Below, piece after piece: positions 24,721-38,409 of a DNA stretch of 64,000 nt. The position numbers and the translations under genes were made by a program. The DNA is taken from NCBI RefSeq assembly GCF_030144855.1, contig NC_082731.1, positions 28,954,001 to 29,018,000 on the forward strand. The letters run 5' to 3'. The notes beneath the pieces were generated by a model that worked only from the letters and a program-made list of their open reading frames with translations, was not told the origin of the DNA and did no database searches. This DNA is from Hypanus sabinus (taxonomy: Eukaryota). Each line of letters opens with the position of its first letter. The first letter of the stretch is position 1.

Positions 24721-25680
24721 TATACTGGACTCCATGAACTATGGGTACAGCAGGTCTATCACACCCGGGAGCTGCTCGTTGTTCAGAGTAGCCAGCCAGG
24801 GTGCCATAGGAACTGACCAGTAGTTTGGGGAAGGAGAGTCTGGTCGGTGGGTCGGAGAAGGAGCAGGCCAGTGGATCGGAGGAGCTGGATTAGGTTCAGT
24901 GGAGCTGACCTGGATGCAGACTGTGCTGTTGCCTGCTACTCAAAGACACTGGGGCACAAAGGCAGCGTGCAGTGAAAGCATGAGTGACTGTCTCGAATGT
25001 TTCTCTTGTGATTGTAAGAGCCTGTTAAACATTGGTTGCCTCTAGCCTGTTTCCCTTGTTTGGTGGTGAGACAGACAGGAAAGTAGCAGTGTTGCTTCAG
25101 TTTTAGCGAGGAATAGTACTCAAGATGCAGGCTTGCCTGCTGCTGCAGTCCAGATAAGGGTGGTTGGTGCAGTGTGGCATCCGTGCTCCGTTGAAGCCAG
25201 TCTCTCCTTTCAGTGCTGCCCCCTAGTGTTTGATCAGTGGAATGTCAGGTTGGGTTACCAGGAATCAACAATTCACAGGAATTTTCGCTCAGGGTCTTGA
25301 ATTCAAAATGCGTTTTCTTGCATGACTCTTTTTTTCTTTCTCACTATTTTGAATGTGCTTATGTTTTGCACCTTGGCCCCAGAGGAACACTGTCTCATTC
25401 AGCTGTATCCGTGTATGGTTGAATAATAATTAAACTTGATTTAGTTTGATATGGTGACATACATGTAGTCTGATAATAAATTTAGTTTGACCTTTATTAA
25501 ATCTCTAACTTCCTCAGGTCCGGAGAAATGTTTTGACCTGAGATATTGCTTTGGTTCTCTCTCCATAGGTACTGCCTGTCATCTATTTTCATGAGTTTGG
25601 TCTCTGATTTGCAACATATGCAGTTAGTTTCCCTCAGTGACAATTTCATCCTGTGTGTTGTAACTCAGATGACAATTTAT

Positions 25681-25950
25681 TTACTTACTGCCCGTTGTGC
25701 TGCTGATGTTTAGAGCTGTAATGAAGTTCCTCCATCTCTGTCTGTACTTGGATGTCTTCTCCATTGTGCCCCAGGTGTGGATCAGGGTTCTCATTTCTGC
25801 CTCTGTGATATGGTGCCTCATTGTCTCTGTTTTCCACTCTTCAGGGATCCAATTAAGTCGTGATGATGGAGTTGGCCTCATCACACTTTGAATCCACCCC
25901 CAGCATCTCCTCATAGTGATTGTGGCCATGTCCTCATAACATTTGTTCTT
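25681..25950 (-). mobile_element. RTE LINE 3' end
   Basis: RLNWIPEEWKT...WGTMEKTSKYRQRWRNFITAL. Confidence 0.8.
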
Positions 25951-25954
25951 CACA

Positions 25955-26790
25955 CAACACTGCCTCCTGCTCTCCCACTTTCCAATCTGAAACAGACTGT
26001 CCTTTGAATCCGCCCTTGTTCTTCATTGAGGATTACAGAGGCTCATTTGTGTCAATGAAAAGTCTTCAGTGATAAATAATTGGACAAAGTCAGCCAGCAG
26101 CAACCCCGTACTTTAACAGAAGCTTCAATATGGATTTGACCTGAACTCTTGGTCATGGGACTGATCTTTAGCAAGCTTTTTTGCTGCTTCTGCCATTTCT
26201 GCTATTGGCATCTCATGAGTTGGCACACTTGCTGATGTATATGGTCTGCTCAGTAACACTCCATTCCCTCCACCACTGATGCACCGTGGATATTGTCTGT
26301 CCGGTGTTTTCAAGAGTAGTTTTTCTCTGCAATGTAACCTGAGCAGGTTTTATTTTGCTATGGTGATGATTACATTCTGCCTGTGGTAGCCCAGATTTTA
26401 ATTTGAACTGACCTGATGCAGGGATTCAACAGTTTCTTTCCAGCCATCAATGCTGCTGAAATCGCTGTGTTTCTCCAGCAGATTGTGTGTTGCTCTGGAT
26501 TCCAGTATCTGCAGTCTCTTGTGTCTGGATTGAAGTTGGCTTGACGGAAAGCATTTGGTACCTTGCAGTGACAACCTGCAGCCACTGGGGGTCAGTAATA
26601 CACCTCTGAAATAAGGCATTGAGGCTTCAGTCGAACAGGCTGCTGTAATAGCAACCTCACGCCACTGGATGTCAGTGTTACAGTCAGACAGAGAGGGGTT
26701 GATGGACAGTTTGGGTGAAACAGTGCACAGGAGGAGTCCGTTGTGCCAGGAGGTCCTGAGATGACAGGAGCTCTTCAGGTGAATATATCA
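25955..26790 (+). repeat. Local cassette copy (blocks Q, short element, P)
   Basis: Aligns with 19443-20310 (inverted), 31140-31655 and 38770-39385. Confidence 0.9.
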
Positions 26791-26849
26791 CATTTCATTG
26801 CAATTTGCCCCCCCCCACACACACACACACACACCAAAGATTTAATTGG

Positions 26850-27760
26850 CCAATGTAATTTGAACTTAGTGCAGATTGATAGAATCCTTCAGGCATATAG
26901 CACAAGTTATCCGTGCCATCCAAGATGACAATCCAAGCGAGCCCCATTTCCCAGTGTTTGGTCTATAACTTTTAAGATTTTCCTTTCCACGTGTCTAAAT
27001 GCTGTTGAAAAGTTGTTATTTACTTAACGCAACCACTTCCTCTGGTAGCATATTCCATATTTTCACAATTTCTGTTTAAGAAAATCCTTTTAGTTCCTAT
27101 TAAATCTTCCCCCTCTCAACTGAAGCCTATCCTCTCCAGCTCATGATCTTTAGTACCACAGTTGTGCCCCTCATGATTTTATTCATTTTTATAAAAGTGC
27201 CTCTGAGTCTCCAGCACTCCAAGCAATGTAGCCTTAGCCTGTTGAACCTCTCCCAATAACACATTCCCTTGAGTCCTGGCAAAATCCTTATAAATCTTTC
27301 TGCACTCATTCAGTTTAACGGCATCTTTCCTACAGCTTGCTGATTGAAAATGAACACAATTCTCTAAGTGCAGCCTCACAGATGCCTTGTAGAACTGCAC
27401 TGTGACCTCCCAACATCCACACTCAATGATCTGTCTAATGAAGGGCAGCATTCACCATCTGATCTACTTCTGATTCCACTTTCAGTGAACCATGTCCTTT
27501 CAATCCAAGGTCCCCCTGTTCCACAACACTGTCCAGGTTCCCACCGTTTACTGTGAAAGTCCCACCTTGGTTTGACTTTACAAAATGAAACACCTCACAC
27601 TTATCTGAATTAAAATCCAGTTGCCACTCCTCGTCTCATTTACTCAGCGAATCAACATACGCTCATAATGTTTGATAACCTTCACATTCCCACTTGTTTC
27701 AATGTCATCTGTGAATGTACTAACCATGGTTTCTACATTCATATCCAAATCTTTGATGCA
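26850..27760 (-). mobile_element. CR1 LINE 3' fragment
   Basis: YKASVRLHLENCVHF...RKDAVKL and WERFNRLRLHCLE..RLRG. Confidence 0.85.
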
Positions 27761-28344
27761 GATGACAAACAAGAAATCGACCCCTGAGGTACACCTACTT
27801 GTCACGGACGTACTCCCTGTTCACCCGTAACTGTGTGGCCCGGTACAGCACCAGCTCATTAACACAGCTGTACCTGGCCACACAGTTATGGGTGTACAGG
27901 GAGTATGTCTCTGTCACAGCAACTCCCACACTGGCACAATGGAGGACAACCGTACTCAGGACATTGGGAATCCTCCTATCTGTATGACATGCACCATCTG
28001 CACTTGGAAAGAGATGTCAGCTCCTACATTGTCATTTCATCCAGTTTATAGACCAACGATGATGTGAGCCCCACCCTGAACCAACTAACAGTCTGGGTGT
28101 GCAAGTATCATTTCACTAACAACAATCTTGAGCATTAACATTATTTCTGCATCACTGACAGACACACAGATGTGAGAATTATACTCGTGACACAGTATAT
28201 AGTATTCACACCATCTCCACAGCAAGAACAGCTAAAATGTATAGGTAACCTGCTGATGACATCATCCCATTTCTCAGTAATCCCTTTACCGCCCAAATAA
28301 TCAGGATGTAAGAGGGAAGGAAGCAATCAAATCTATTCATATAT

Positions 28345-28790
28345 AAAACTGAGAGCATCCTGACTGGCTGCATCACTGCCTGGCGTGGGAGCTGTACCTC
28401 CCTCAATCGCAGGACTCTGCAGCCTCGTGAATCTGCAGATGTGAACTTCCCACTGTTCAGGACATTTACAAAGACAGGTGTGTAATAAAAGTCCCAAAGG
28501 ATCATTGGGGACCTGAGACTCCCCAACCACAAACTGTTCCAGCTGCTACCATCCAGGAAATCATACTGCAGCCTAAAAGCCAGGACCGACCAACAGGCTC
28601 CGGGACAGCTTCTTCCACCAGGCCATCAGACTGATTAATTCATGCTGACGCACCTGTATTTCTATGTTATGTTGACTGTCCTGTTGTACATATTATTTAT
28701 ACAAATTACTATAAATTGCACATTTAGATGGAGAAGTAACGTAAAGATTTTTACTCATGTATAATCAAGGATGTAATAAAGTCAATCCAA
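28345..28790 (+). mobile_element. Rex1/Babar LINE 3' end
   Basis: ESILTGCITAW..., cacaaactgttccagctgctaccatcc and ...gacagcttcttccaccaggccatcagactg. Confidence 0.85.
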
Positions 28791-29439
28791 TTCAAAGAGA
28801 GAAATTGTTGCCATTGGTGAATGTAGAGGGTGCAGAATGAGTGGGGTTGACAAAAGGATCAGAGTCACATGAGGAAGGAATGATTTATGCAGTGAGAGGC
28901 TTGTGTCTGGAAATCACTGGTGTGCCTGGTAGAGGAAGCTGATGCAATTGTGACATTCAAAAGGGAAATGGACAATTGAAAGGAAAACAAACTGTAGAAT
29001 GATGGGAGACATGCGAGTTTGCTCTCAATTACTGGCAGCTCAGACTTGATAGGTGAATCAATTTTCTTCCACACTGTTCTGTCAGTGATTCTCTGTGATT
29101 AAGCAGTTTGTCCAGCTGCTATCACCTCCTATCATTTCAACACCCTTAATGTTCCTGCCCCCAAAGACAATGATACCTATCAGATGTCAGAAACATGCTG
29201 GCTCCATCTTACAATCGGGCGCACGGCCATGAGACTGTCACTTTTTCCAAACAGCCTTTGGTAGAGACATCCAGCTCATTTTCACAGTTAATCCAACCGA
29301 AATAGAAGAGGCTCTCCTTCCTGAGGATCCTTCCAGAATGTGCACATGTTCCTTCAGCTGACTTTCGCCTGAACCCCGCACGGGCTGGCAACATCAACGT
29401 CCAACCTTCTTCATTCGAGACTGAAACAACATCGGGACA

Positions 29440-29930
29440 ACCAGACTTACCGGATCCTCACGTTCCCACGACTGAACTTCACTTCACCACTTCTGTCGAC
29501 AGCGGTGAAAATTATCCCGGTTGTAATGGGGAAAACAACTGGAAAAGCTGTGACTATGCCGGGATAAAAAGGAAGATTCCAGAAGAGAGTCGGGTTGGGA
29601 GCGCGGGTAGTGGCAAGTTCTGATTGGAGGTTCGGCCTGGAAGTGACGTATGACCTGTTCCGGTTACCGCGGCTTGAAGATTCAAACTCCCGGTGTCCGC
29701 GCGAGCTCGCGGCAAATGGTCAAAGCGCGGGAGAAAGCGACGGTCCGATTGGCTGAGGGGCAAAGACGTGAAGAGGAGCCGAGAGCGCGAATCCCTCCAA
29801 CGGCAGCGGCGGGAGAGAGGAGACGCCAGCGCCGAGTTGTCGAGTCCGGTCGCTCATCGTTGGTGACTGAAGAAGCCCCTCGCCGGAGGGGTGCACAACG
29901 ACTAACGGGGCATCGCATTGCAGGGTAAGG
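29440..29930. promoter_or_regulatory. CpG island, candidate bidirectional promoter with two first-exon donors
   Basis: Strong CpG enrichment against a CpG-poor background. Reverse CCAAT (ATTGG) at 29623 and 29748, ETS-CRE-like GGAAGTGACG at 29639-29648, palindrome CGCGAGCTCGCG at 29700-29711. Plus-strand donor CAGG|GTAAGG (29924/29925) and minus-strand donor CCG|GTAAGT (29451/29450). Confidence 0.7.
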
Positions 29931-29959
29931 AGAGAGGCAAGTTCGGGAAACATTCATTT

Positions 29960-30300
29960 CCTGGTGTCTAGGAACAGACAGTGCGGGAAGGACAGTGGTG
30001 TGGTGTTGGAAGAGGTTCTGGTCGTTTGATTTCCGTGCATCTCATCCATTGTTGACTATTGCATTCAGTGCTCTCAAGTGACCGAACTGCTGACGAGGAA
30101 ATCATTTTAAGGGAGATCTGCACTCTAGGCTCCATGGCCATCAATAGTTTCCACTTGGAAGCCATTTTAATCCCTTTCCCCGTTTCCACATCAACCAGTC
30201 TGGCTTTCACATCATTCACTGTCATGGTGAGGCCAAACACAAGCGTGAGGGACAGAACATCATATTCCAGTCTGGTTATCTACAATCCAGTGGCATGAAT
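29960..30300 (-). mobile_element. RTE-like LINE relic
   Basis: ccagactggttgatgtggaaac resembles the RTE QDWFDEN motif, and FGLT is nearby. Highly decayed. Confidence 0.4.
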
Positions 30301-30399
30301 ATTGAATTCTGCAATTTGAGGTAAACCTCTTCCCCACTGACCCCTTTTCTCTGTCAGAGACACATCTTTCATTCAAAACTCCCCAACACCAACGAGGGA

Positions 30400-31655
30400 A
30401 TGTATTTCTGCCAAGCAAATTTTAAGGACAAAGGAGTAACAGTGCCTGTGAATTTATTCACAAGGTCCCTTAGTCACCACGGAGAGTGAGTAGAGGACAG
30501 AGTGAGATGGATTTTTTTCCTGCAATTCTACTTGGTTTTCAATCAAGTGTCTGATTTTCTCAGCTCTGGTGAAAGGATTGTGATACTAGTTTGTTTCTCT
30601 CTCCACATAGACTGTCTGTCCTGTAATTTCAGTAGGTTTTATCTCTTATTTGCAACATGTGTAGTTGTTTGTCCCTCAGTCATGATTTCGTTCTTCTGTT
30701 GGAGTTCAGATGCCAATTTTGTCTGAAGCCGATTTGATGCCATCAAATTATTACCCTGCAATAATAACTGCAACCACTAGGGGCCAGAGGAACGACTCCA
30801 GATATTGAGACTTCAGTTAAACTGACTGCTGTGATAGTAACCGACAGTGTCTGGGTGTCAGAGTAACAGTCAGGCACGGAAACGCTGCTGGATGGTGTGG
30901 GTGAAACAGTGCACAGGAGGATTCCACTCTACCAGGAGGTCCTGGTATTACAGGAGCCATTCAGATGAATATGTCACATTGCTAGTGACAGACACGGAAA
31001 TGGTAGGGGTTCCATTCATCAGTTAGAATCTCACTGATGGGACATTTTGTACAGTCCCTGCTTTCTCTCACTCTCACTGTCTTTTTCTGTCAATGCACCA
31101 TTTCGCTGCAATAATTTGCATTAATAGGGCTTCTTCCTAGAGCTATGATCTGAGCTCTTGTTCATTGGGCTCTGTTTTTGTTATTTTACAGTTGTGTTGA
31201 TATCCATGAGTTGGTACATTTGGAGATGTATATGGTCTACTCACCGACACTCCATTCCACTCCCTCCACTGCTGGTGTACAATGTATATTGTCGGTCCAG
31301 TGCTGGTAAGAGATTTTCTCTTGATCTGCAACAGGAGGAGGTTTTCTTTACTTCAGTAATTTCATTCTGTCTGTTGTAACCCAGTGGAAACAGTCAAATT
31401 CCGGAGATATTTAAATCATCCTTAGATTCTGTGCCGCTCCAGGTCCCAGGATCTACAGACTCTTGTGTCTGAAGTCAATTTGACCAGAGGCATTTGTTAT
31501 CCACCAGTGAAAAACTGGGGGCCTCAGTCTGGGTGTCAGTTTATCAGCCAGACAGAGAGGGTGGAGGATGTGGGTGAAAGAGCACAGGAGGATTCCAGAG
31601 CGTCAGGAGTTCCTGAGCCTGCAGGGGCTCTTCAGATGAAAACATCACATTGAAA
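30400..31655 (+). repeat. Most complete local cassette copy (leader-P-R-Q-P')
   Basis: 30400-30540 matches 24025-24180, 30590-30725 matches 25540-25680, and the P-R-Q-P order matches 38410-39385. Confidence 0.8.
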
Positions 31656-31699
31656 TATGACATCCTTCTATATCCTAAACGCATGCTTGTTGTAGGTTA

Positions 31700-34600
31700 A
31701 TTGACCACTTTATCTTCCTTGTATGAGATGTGGTAACTTTTGGAGACATCCAGTGTCCCTGATAAATACATTTGTACGAAGTGCACTGAGCTGCAGCTCC
31801 TTAGAGAATGTGTTAAGGAACTGGAGCTGCTCGATGACCTTTGGGAAAATGAGGAGGTGATAGAGAGAAGCAATTGTGAGGTAGTCACTCCTAAGTTACA
31901 GGAGATGGGTGTTTGTGTGACTGTCAGTAGAGGGAAAGGAAACAGGCAGCCAGTGCAGAGTACCCCTGTGGCTGTCGCCTTCAATAATAATTAAAATGCT
32001 TTGGATACTGTTGGTGGGACAACCTATTGGGGGCAGCCACGGTGACCTGATTTCTGCCATTAAAAGTGTTTCAGTGGCTCAGGAAAGGGTGGTGTTTGGG
32101 GAGAAAAGGTGTGCAGTAGTTATTGAGGATTCCATAAGTAGGAGACCAGACAGCAGATTCTGCAGACATGAAGATGGTATGTTACCTCACAGCTGCCAGA
32201 ATTGGGGATGTCTCAGATCAGGTTCACAGCATGCTGAAGGGGAAGGGTGAACAGCTGGAAGATGTGATCCATATTGGTACCAACGACAGGGTGGAAAAGG
32301 AAGAAGGTCTGGAAGAGAGAATACAGGAAGCTGAAAACCAGGACCTCCTGGACTGCTGCCAATGCCATTCACCAGCGAGGGTAAGAAAGTGATATGGCAG
32401 ATGAATGTGCAGCTGTGGAATTGGTACAGGGGGCAGGGTTTCAGATTTCTGGATCATTGGGATCTCTTCTGGGGAACGAGTGATTTGTACAGAAAGGACA
32501 GCTTACACCTGAACCCGAGGGGGATCAGTATCATTGCTGGCAGGTTTGCTAGAGCTTTAGGGCAGGTTTTGATCTAATTTGGCAGGGGAATAGGAAGCTG
32601 AGTGATAGGGCTGAGGGTGGACATTTGTTAAATAACTGGATGCAGTGTGTCGTGAGACTGTGAGGAAGGACAGGCAGATGAAAGGCAAAAATGCAGTCAG
32701 TGTAACGGGGCCAAAATAAAAAAAAGGATGAATTCAGGACTGCAGGTGTTATATTTGAATATAGAATATGGAATAAGGTAGATGATCTTGAAGCACAGTT
32801 AGAGATTGGTAGGTGTGATGTTGTGGATGTTTCATGGCTGGAAGATGATCATATTTGGGAGTTTATCATCCATAGTTTTGAAAGGACAGGTAGGTAGGCA
32901 GAGGGAGTGGGGTGGCTCTGTTGGTAAAAAAAATAAATCAAATCTTTGGAAATAGTTGACATAGGATTGGTTGATATAGAATCCTTGTGAGTGGATTTAA
33001 GAAACTGCAAAGGTAAAATGACCCTGATGGGAGTTATATACAAGCCTGTGAACAGTAGCCAAGATGTGGGCTATAAATTACAGCTGGAGGTAGAAAACGT
33101 GTATCCAAAGGGCAATGTTATGATGGCCATGAGGGATTTCAATATGCAGGAAGAATGGAAAAATCAAATTGGTGCTGGATTCCAAGAGAGAAAATTTATA
33201 GAATCCATACAAGATGGCTTTTTTGAGCAGATTGTGATTGAGCCCACTTGGGGAAAGATTGTTCTGGATTCATGTTGTGCAAGGAATCAGATATGATTAG
33301 GGAGCTTAAGGTAAAGGAAACCTAAGGAGCCAGTGATCATAATATGACAGGCTTCACCCTGCAATTTGAGAGGGAAAAGCTGAAGTCAGATGTATGAGTT
33401 TTACACTGGAGTAAGGGGAATTACAGAGGCATGATAGAGGAGCTGGCTAATGTTGATTAGAAGGGGATACTAACAAGGATGATGACGGAACAGCAATGAC
33501 TGGAGTTTCTGGGAGAAATATGGAAGGCGCAGGATAGATACATCTCCAGGAATAATAAGTATTCTAAAGGCAGAATGATGTATCCATGGCTGACAAGGGA
33601 AGTCCAAAACAACATGAAGGCAAAAGACATATGATAGAGGGGAAAATGAATGGGATCAGGAAGCTTTTAAAAACCAACAGTAAGCAACTAAAAAGGCCAT
33701 AAGGAGGGAAATATGAAGGTAACCTGGTGTTTAATATCAAGTGGGATACAGAAAGATTTTCAGATAAATGAAGAGTAAAAGAGAGAGGCAAGAATAGATA
33801 TAGTACCACTGAAAAATGATGCTGGAGAGATGGTGATGGCGGACAAAGAAATGGCTGATGAACTAAATGAGTATTTGCATCTTTCTTCACTATGGAAAAC
33901 ACTGACATATGATGGAAGTTCAAGAGTATCAGAAGATGAAGTGAGTGCAATTGCTGTTTCTATAGAAGGTGCTTGGGAAGCTGAAAGCTCTGAAGGTGGA
34001 TGTCACCTGGACCACATACCAGGGTTCTGAAAGAGGTGGCTGGGGAGAGTGTGGAGGCATTGATAATGATCTCTTAAAAATCACTAGATTCTGGCATGGT
34101 TCTGGAGGACACGAAGATTGCAAATATCACTTCACTCTTCAAGAAGGGATGGAGGCAGTAGAAAGGAAATTATCGGACAGTTAGCCTGACCTCGGTTGGG
34201 AAGAAGTTGTTTGTCAAGGGTGATGTTTCAGGTTATTTGGAGGCACATGATAAAATAGGCTGAATTCAGCATGGTTTACTTACAGGAAAATCATGCCTGA
34301 CTGATCAGGAAATAACAAGGTGTCGCACATGAGGCTGCTTAAAGAGATAAGATACCAGCATGGGTATTGGATTGTCTGAGTGGCAGGACGCAAAGGATGG
34401 GAATAAAGGGAGCATTTTCTGGTTGGCTGCTGGTGACAAGTGCTCTTCCACAGAGGTCAGTGTTGGGCCCACTTCTTCTTGCGTTACATGTTCATGACTT
34501 GGATGATAGACTAAATGACATAATGGCCAAGTTTACAGAAGATACGAAGATAGGTAGAGGGGCTGGTCGGGGTGAGGAAGCAGCCAGGTTGCAGTAGGAC

Positions 34601-35370
34601 TTAGACAGATTAGGACAATGGGTAAAGAATTGGCCAGTGGAATACAGTGTCAGGACATGTATGGCCTTGCACTTTGGTAAAAGGAACAAAAGTTCAGACT
34701 ATTTTCTAAATGAGCAGAAAATTCAAAAATCGGAGGTACAAGGGGACTTTTGAGTCCTTGTGCAGGGCTCCCTAAAGGCTAACATGCAGGTTGAGTTGGT
34801 AGCAAGGCCAAGGCTTTGTATTACCCTTTGAACTCTTTGAGGTGTTTTGGATCCTTTATTTAAGAAAATATGTGCTTATGTTGGAGGAGGCTCAGAAAAG
34901 ATTCACGAGAATGATTTTGGGAATGAAAGTGTTATCATGTGAGGAGAATTTGAATGCTGTGGGCCTGTACTCACTGGAAGTTTCAAGAAATAAGAGGGGG
35001 ATCTCATTGAAATGTATCAAATTTTGAAAGGCCCGGGTTGTGTGGATATAGAAAGGTGGTTTCCTGTAGTGGGAGAGTCCAGGACCAGAGTGTACAGTTC
35101 TCTGAATACCGGGGATGTTTATTTAGAATGGAGATGAGGAGGAATTTCTTTAGACAGATGGTGGTGAATCTGGAATTTGTTGCCACAGGTCGATGTGGAG
35201 GCCAGGTCACTGGGTGTATTTAAGAAAGATGTTGATGGTTTGTTGAATAGTAGGTGTTGAAAGAAGGCAGGAGAATGGGATTCAGCAGGGAAATGGATCA
35301 GCCATGATGAAATGGTACAGCAGACTCAACAGATTGAATGGTCTAATTCTGCTCCTCTCTCTTATGGTCT
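31700..35370 (+). mobile_element. Near full-length decayed CR1 LINE (ORF1 zinc finger/esterase plus ORF2)
   Basis: ORF1: YICTKCTELQLL, VIHIGTND, FRFLDHWDLFWG..DLYRKDSLHLN. EN: GVIYKP, DFNM. RT: PQRSVLGPLL, KFTEDTK. CR1 3' UTR ending ...aattctgctcct...ttatggtct. Confidence 0.9.
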
Positions 35371-35374
35371 CTGT

Positions 35375-35620
35375 CATTAACCATCTCCTTTGTCTTGCTG
35401 ACAGTAAGGAAGAGGTTCTTTGCCCGCCAACAGGCCTTGAGCTCTCCTACCTCCTCTCTACAGTTGTCTTAATTTTGTTGGTGATGAGCCCAACCACTGT
35501 TGTGTCATCGGTGAACTTGACAATGTGATTACTCAGTGTTTGGCCATGCAGTTGCAGTGTGTGTGAGCTGAGTATACAGCAACAGGCTCAGCACACAGCC
35601 CTGGGGAGCACCTGTGTTGA
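35375..35620 (-). mobile_element. Rex1/Babar RT core fragment
   Basis: GAPQGCVLSLLLY and IVKFTDDTTVVGLITN on the minus strand. Confidence 0.8.
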
Positions 35621-35629
35621 CTACATCCC

Positions 35630-38110
35630 TGCATCGATTACTGAGGCCTTAACAACATAACTGTTAAAAACATGTACCCACTGCCCCTCATAAATTCAGT
35701 GTATGAAGCACTTCACAGGGCCACCATTTTCTTGAAGCTGGACGTACGAAGCGCCAATCATCTGGTTAGAATTAGGGAGGGGGACGAGTGGAAGACGGCA
35801 TTTAATACCCCTCTGGGCCACTTCAAATACCTGTTCATTGCGTTTGGCCTCACCAATGCCCCCACTGTTTTTCAGGCCTTGATTAATGATGTGCTGAGAG
35901 ACTTTATTAACTGCTTTGTGTTTGTCTATCTGGATGACATCCTAATCTTCTCCAATAGTCTCTTGAACCACATTCATTATGTCCGTCAATTCCTACAGAG
36001 GCTGTGGGAGAACTTACCTCACCTACAACACCTTTTCTTTCGGACTCCGAGGCTGACTTAGCATTTGCTGAACGGAAGAGGTGTTTCACATCTGCTACCA
36101 TCCTCGTCCAACCGGACCCCTCCTGTCAATTCAGTGTGAAGGTCGATGCCTCCGTCTCTGGGGTAGGAACTGTCCTGTCCCAATATTCAGATCCTGATCA
36201 GAAACTTCACCCCCGTGCCTCCTTTCCTTGCCAGCTGTCCCCCACCGAACGAAGTTACGACGTGGGGAACCGGGAGCTACTGGCAGTCAGACTGGCGTTG
36301 GAAGAATGGAGGAAGTGGCTGGAGGGGGAGGAAAACCCATTTATGTGTGGATCGATCACAAGAACCTCGGAAATATCCAGAATGTCAAGCACCTAAACTC
36401 CCGCCAAGCCCGTTGGGCAAGAGTATTTGGCAGGTTCAGGTTTTCTCTCACCTATCGTCTGGGGTCCAAGAACAGGAAACCTGATGCGCTTTTCTGTCAA
36501 CACAATTCTAAAGAAAACCTTTCCAGCCCGGAGACCATCCTCCCACCATCCTGTGTGGTGGCAGCCCTCACCTGGGGAATCGAGACCATCGTAAAAGAGG
36601 CTCAACGGGCTGAACCTGACCCTGGAAATGGACCCACCAATCACCTTTTTGTGATTCCGTTTGATCTCAGGTTCGCCAGTGGGGGCACACGTTCGTTTCG
36701 CCTGCCATCCCAGGAGTGATCAGACACTGTCTCTCCAGAAAAGACACTTTTGGTGGCCTTCCATGGATGCTAAATTCCGTTCCTTTGTCTCTGCCTGTTC
36801 TATCTGTGCCCGTGGAAGTGCCTCCCACCGACCACCTGCTGGGTTACTTCATCGCCTACCTGTCCCTAGTCATCCTTGGTCTCACATAGCACTGGATTTT
36901 GTCACGGGATTAACCCCTTCACATGGGAACACCGCCGTACTCACTGTGGTGGACCGTTTCTCCAAGACTGTGCACTTTGTAGCCCTCCCTAAGCTTCCTT
37001 CTGCTCAGGAGACTGCAGACCTTCTCATCTGCCACGTCTTCCGCCTTCACGGAATTCCTTCAGACACTATCTCCGACCGGGGTCCCCAATTCATTTCGCA
37101 ATTCTGGAGATCCTTTTGTCGATCCCTGGGCTCCTCAGTTAGCCTGTTGTCTGGCTTTCAACCACAGACGAACGGGCAACCGGAGTGGGTCAGCCAGGAT
37201 TTGGAGGCGGTGCTACATTACGTAACAGCCAACAACCCGTCTACCTGGAGCAACCACCTCACACGGGTAGAGTACACCCACAACTCTCTGGTCAGCACCA
37301 CCACCAGAAGATCTCCTTTTGAATGTTCTCTTGGTTACCAACCCCCACTGTTTCCACTCAGGAAGAGGATATTCCAGTGCCTTCTGTTCTGCCCCATATG
37401 CACCGGTGCCGCAAGGTCTGGGAAGACACACTCACTCAGCCGACCGCAATCGGAGGATTGCCGATCGCCATCGGACTCCTGCGCCCGAGTATCGACCTGA
37501 GCAGGAGGTGTGGCTCTCATCTAAAGACATTCCCCTCAAGAAAGAGCCCAAGAAGCTCGTCCCTCGCATTCTGGGACATTTTGAGATCAAGTGTATTATC
37601 AACCCCACACGGTTTAACTCAAACTGCCTAAATCGATGCACATCCATCTTACATTTCATGTTTCCCAATTAAAACCGGTTTCTGTCAGCCCCTTGTGCCC
37701 TCCGACTGAACCCTTTCCACCCGCCCGGATCATCAATGACCACCCGACATACACCGTCTGGCGGTTACTGGATGTACGCCGTCAGGACAGGGGCCTCCAG
37801 TACCTGGTCGACTGGGAGGGATACAGCTCAGCGGAACGTTCCTGGATTCCCCGTTCCTTCATCCTGGACCCTTCCCTCATCTGTGACTTCCATCGGGACC
37901 ATCCAGACAAGCCTGGGGTGTTGCCTGGAGGCTCCTGTTGAGGGGGAGGGTACTGTCATCGTCCCACCTGGCTGTTTCCCATCTCGCTCCTATCTCCTTG
38001 ATTATTGCCTTAATTCCAGTTGTTAGATTCCCAATTGCTGCTAGTTCATAGGGAGATGTGTCCTTCCTCAAGCATCACCTTGAGTTGTCAAAGTGCAGAT
38101 GATCAGAGTG
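35630..38110 (+). mobile_element. pol: Chromoviral (Sushi-like) Ty3/Gypsy pol remnant with PPT and 3' LTR start
   Basis: RT YPLP..., [22 protein letters not shown]. RNase [20 protein letters not shown]. Integrase [17 protein letters not shown]. Chromodomain YLVDWEGY...SWIP. PPT AGGGGGAGGG then TGTCA at 37954. The LTR end is uncertain. Confidence 0.9.
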
Positions 38111-38409
38111 TGGTTTTGAATTTGTGAATTAGAACATAGAACAATACAGCACAGTACAGGTCCTTCAGCCCACAATGTTGTGCTGACCCTTAAACCATGC
38201 CTCCCAATAACCCTCCACCTTAAATTCCTCCATATATCTGAAATCTGTTTGAATAAAGAATTCTTGAACGCAGTTTCTAGGTTCGTGTTTTCCCCAGTGT
38301 AGAGGAGGCCACATTATCAGCAGGAGATCAACTACAGTAATTCAGAGATGTACAAATAAATCGGTTTCTCATTTGAAAGGAGGTTTTGTATCTCTGGGAG
38401 CTAGGATGG

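Noticed and set aside
29968-30240. RLVDVETG resembling the tubulin LVDLEPG motif
   Set aside because: Nothing else is tubulin-like, and the nucleotides better fit a decayed RTE fragment.
30770-30985. Apparent conserved reading frame (QPLG...) in cassette block P
   Set aside because: Substitutions against the 38.4-kb copy fall at all codon positions, and the stops are shared.
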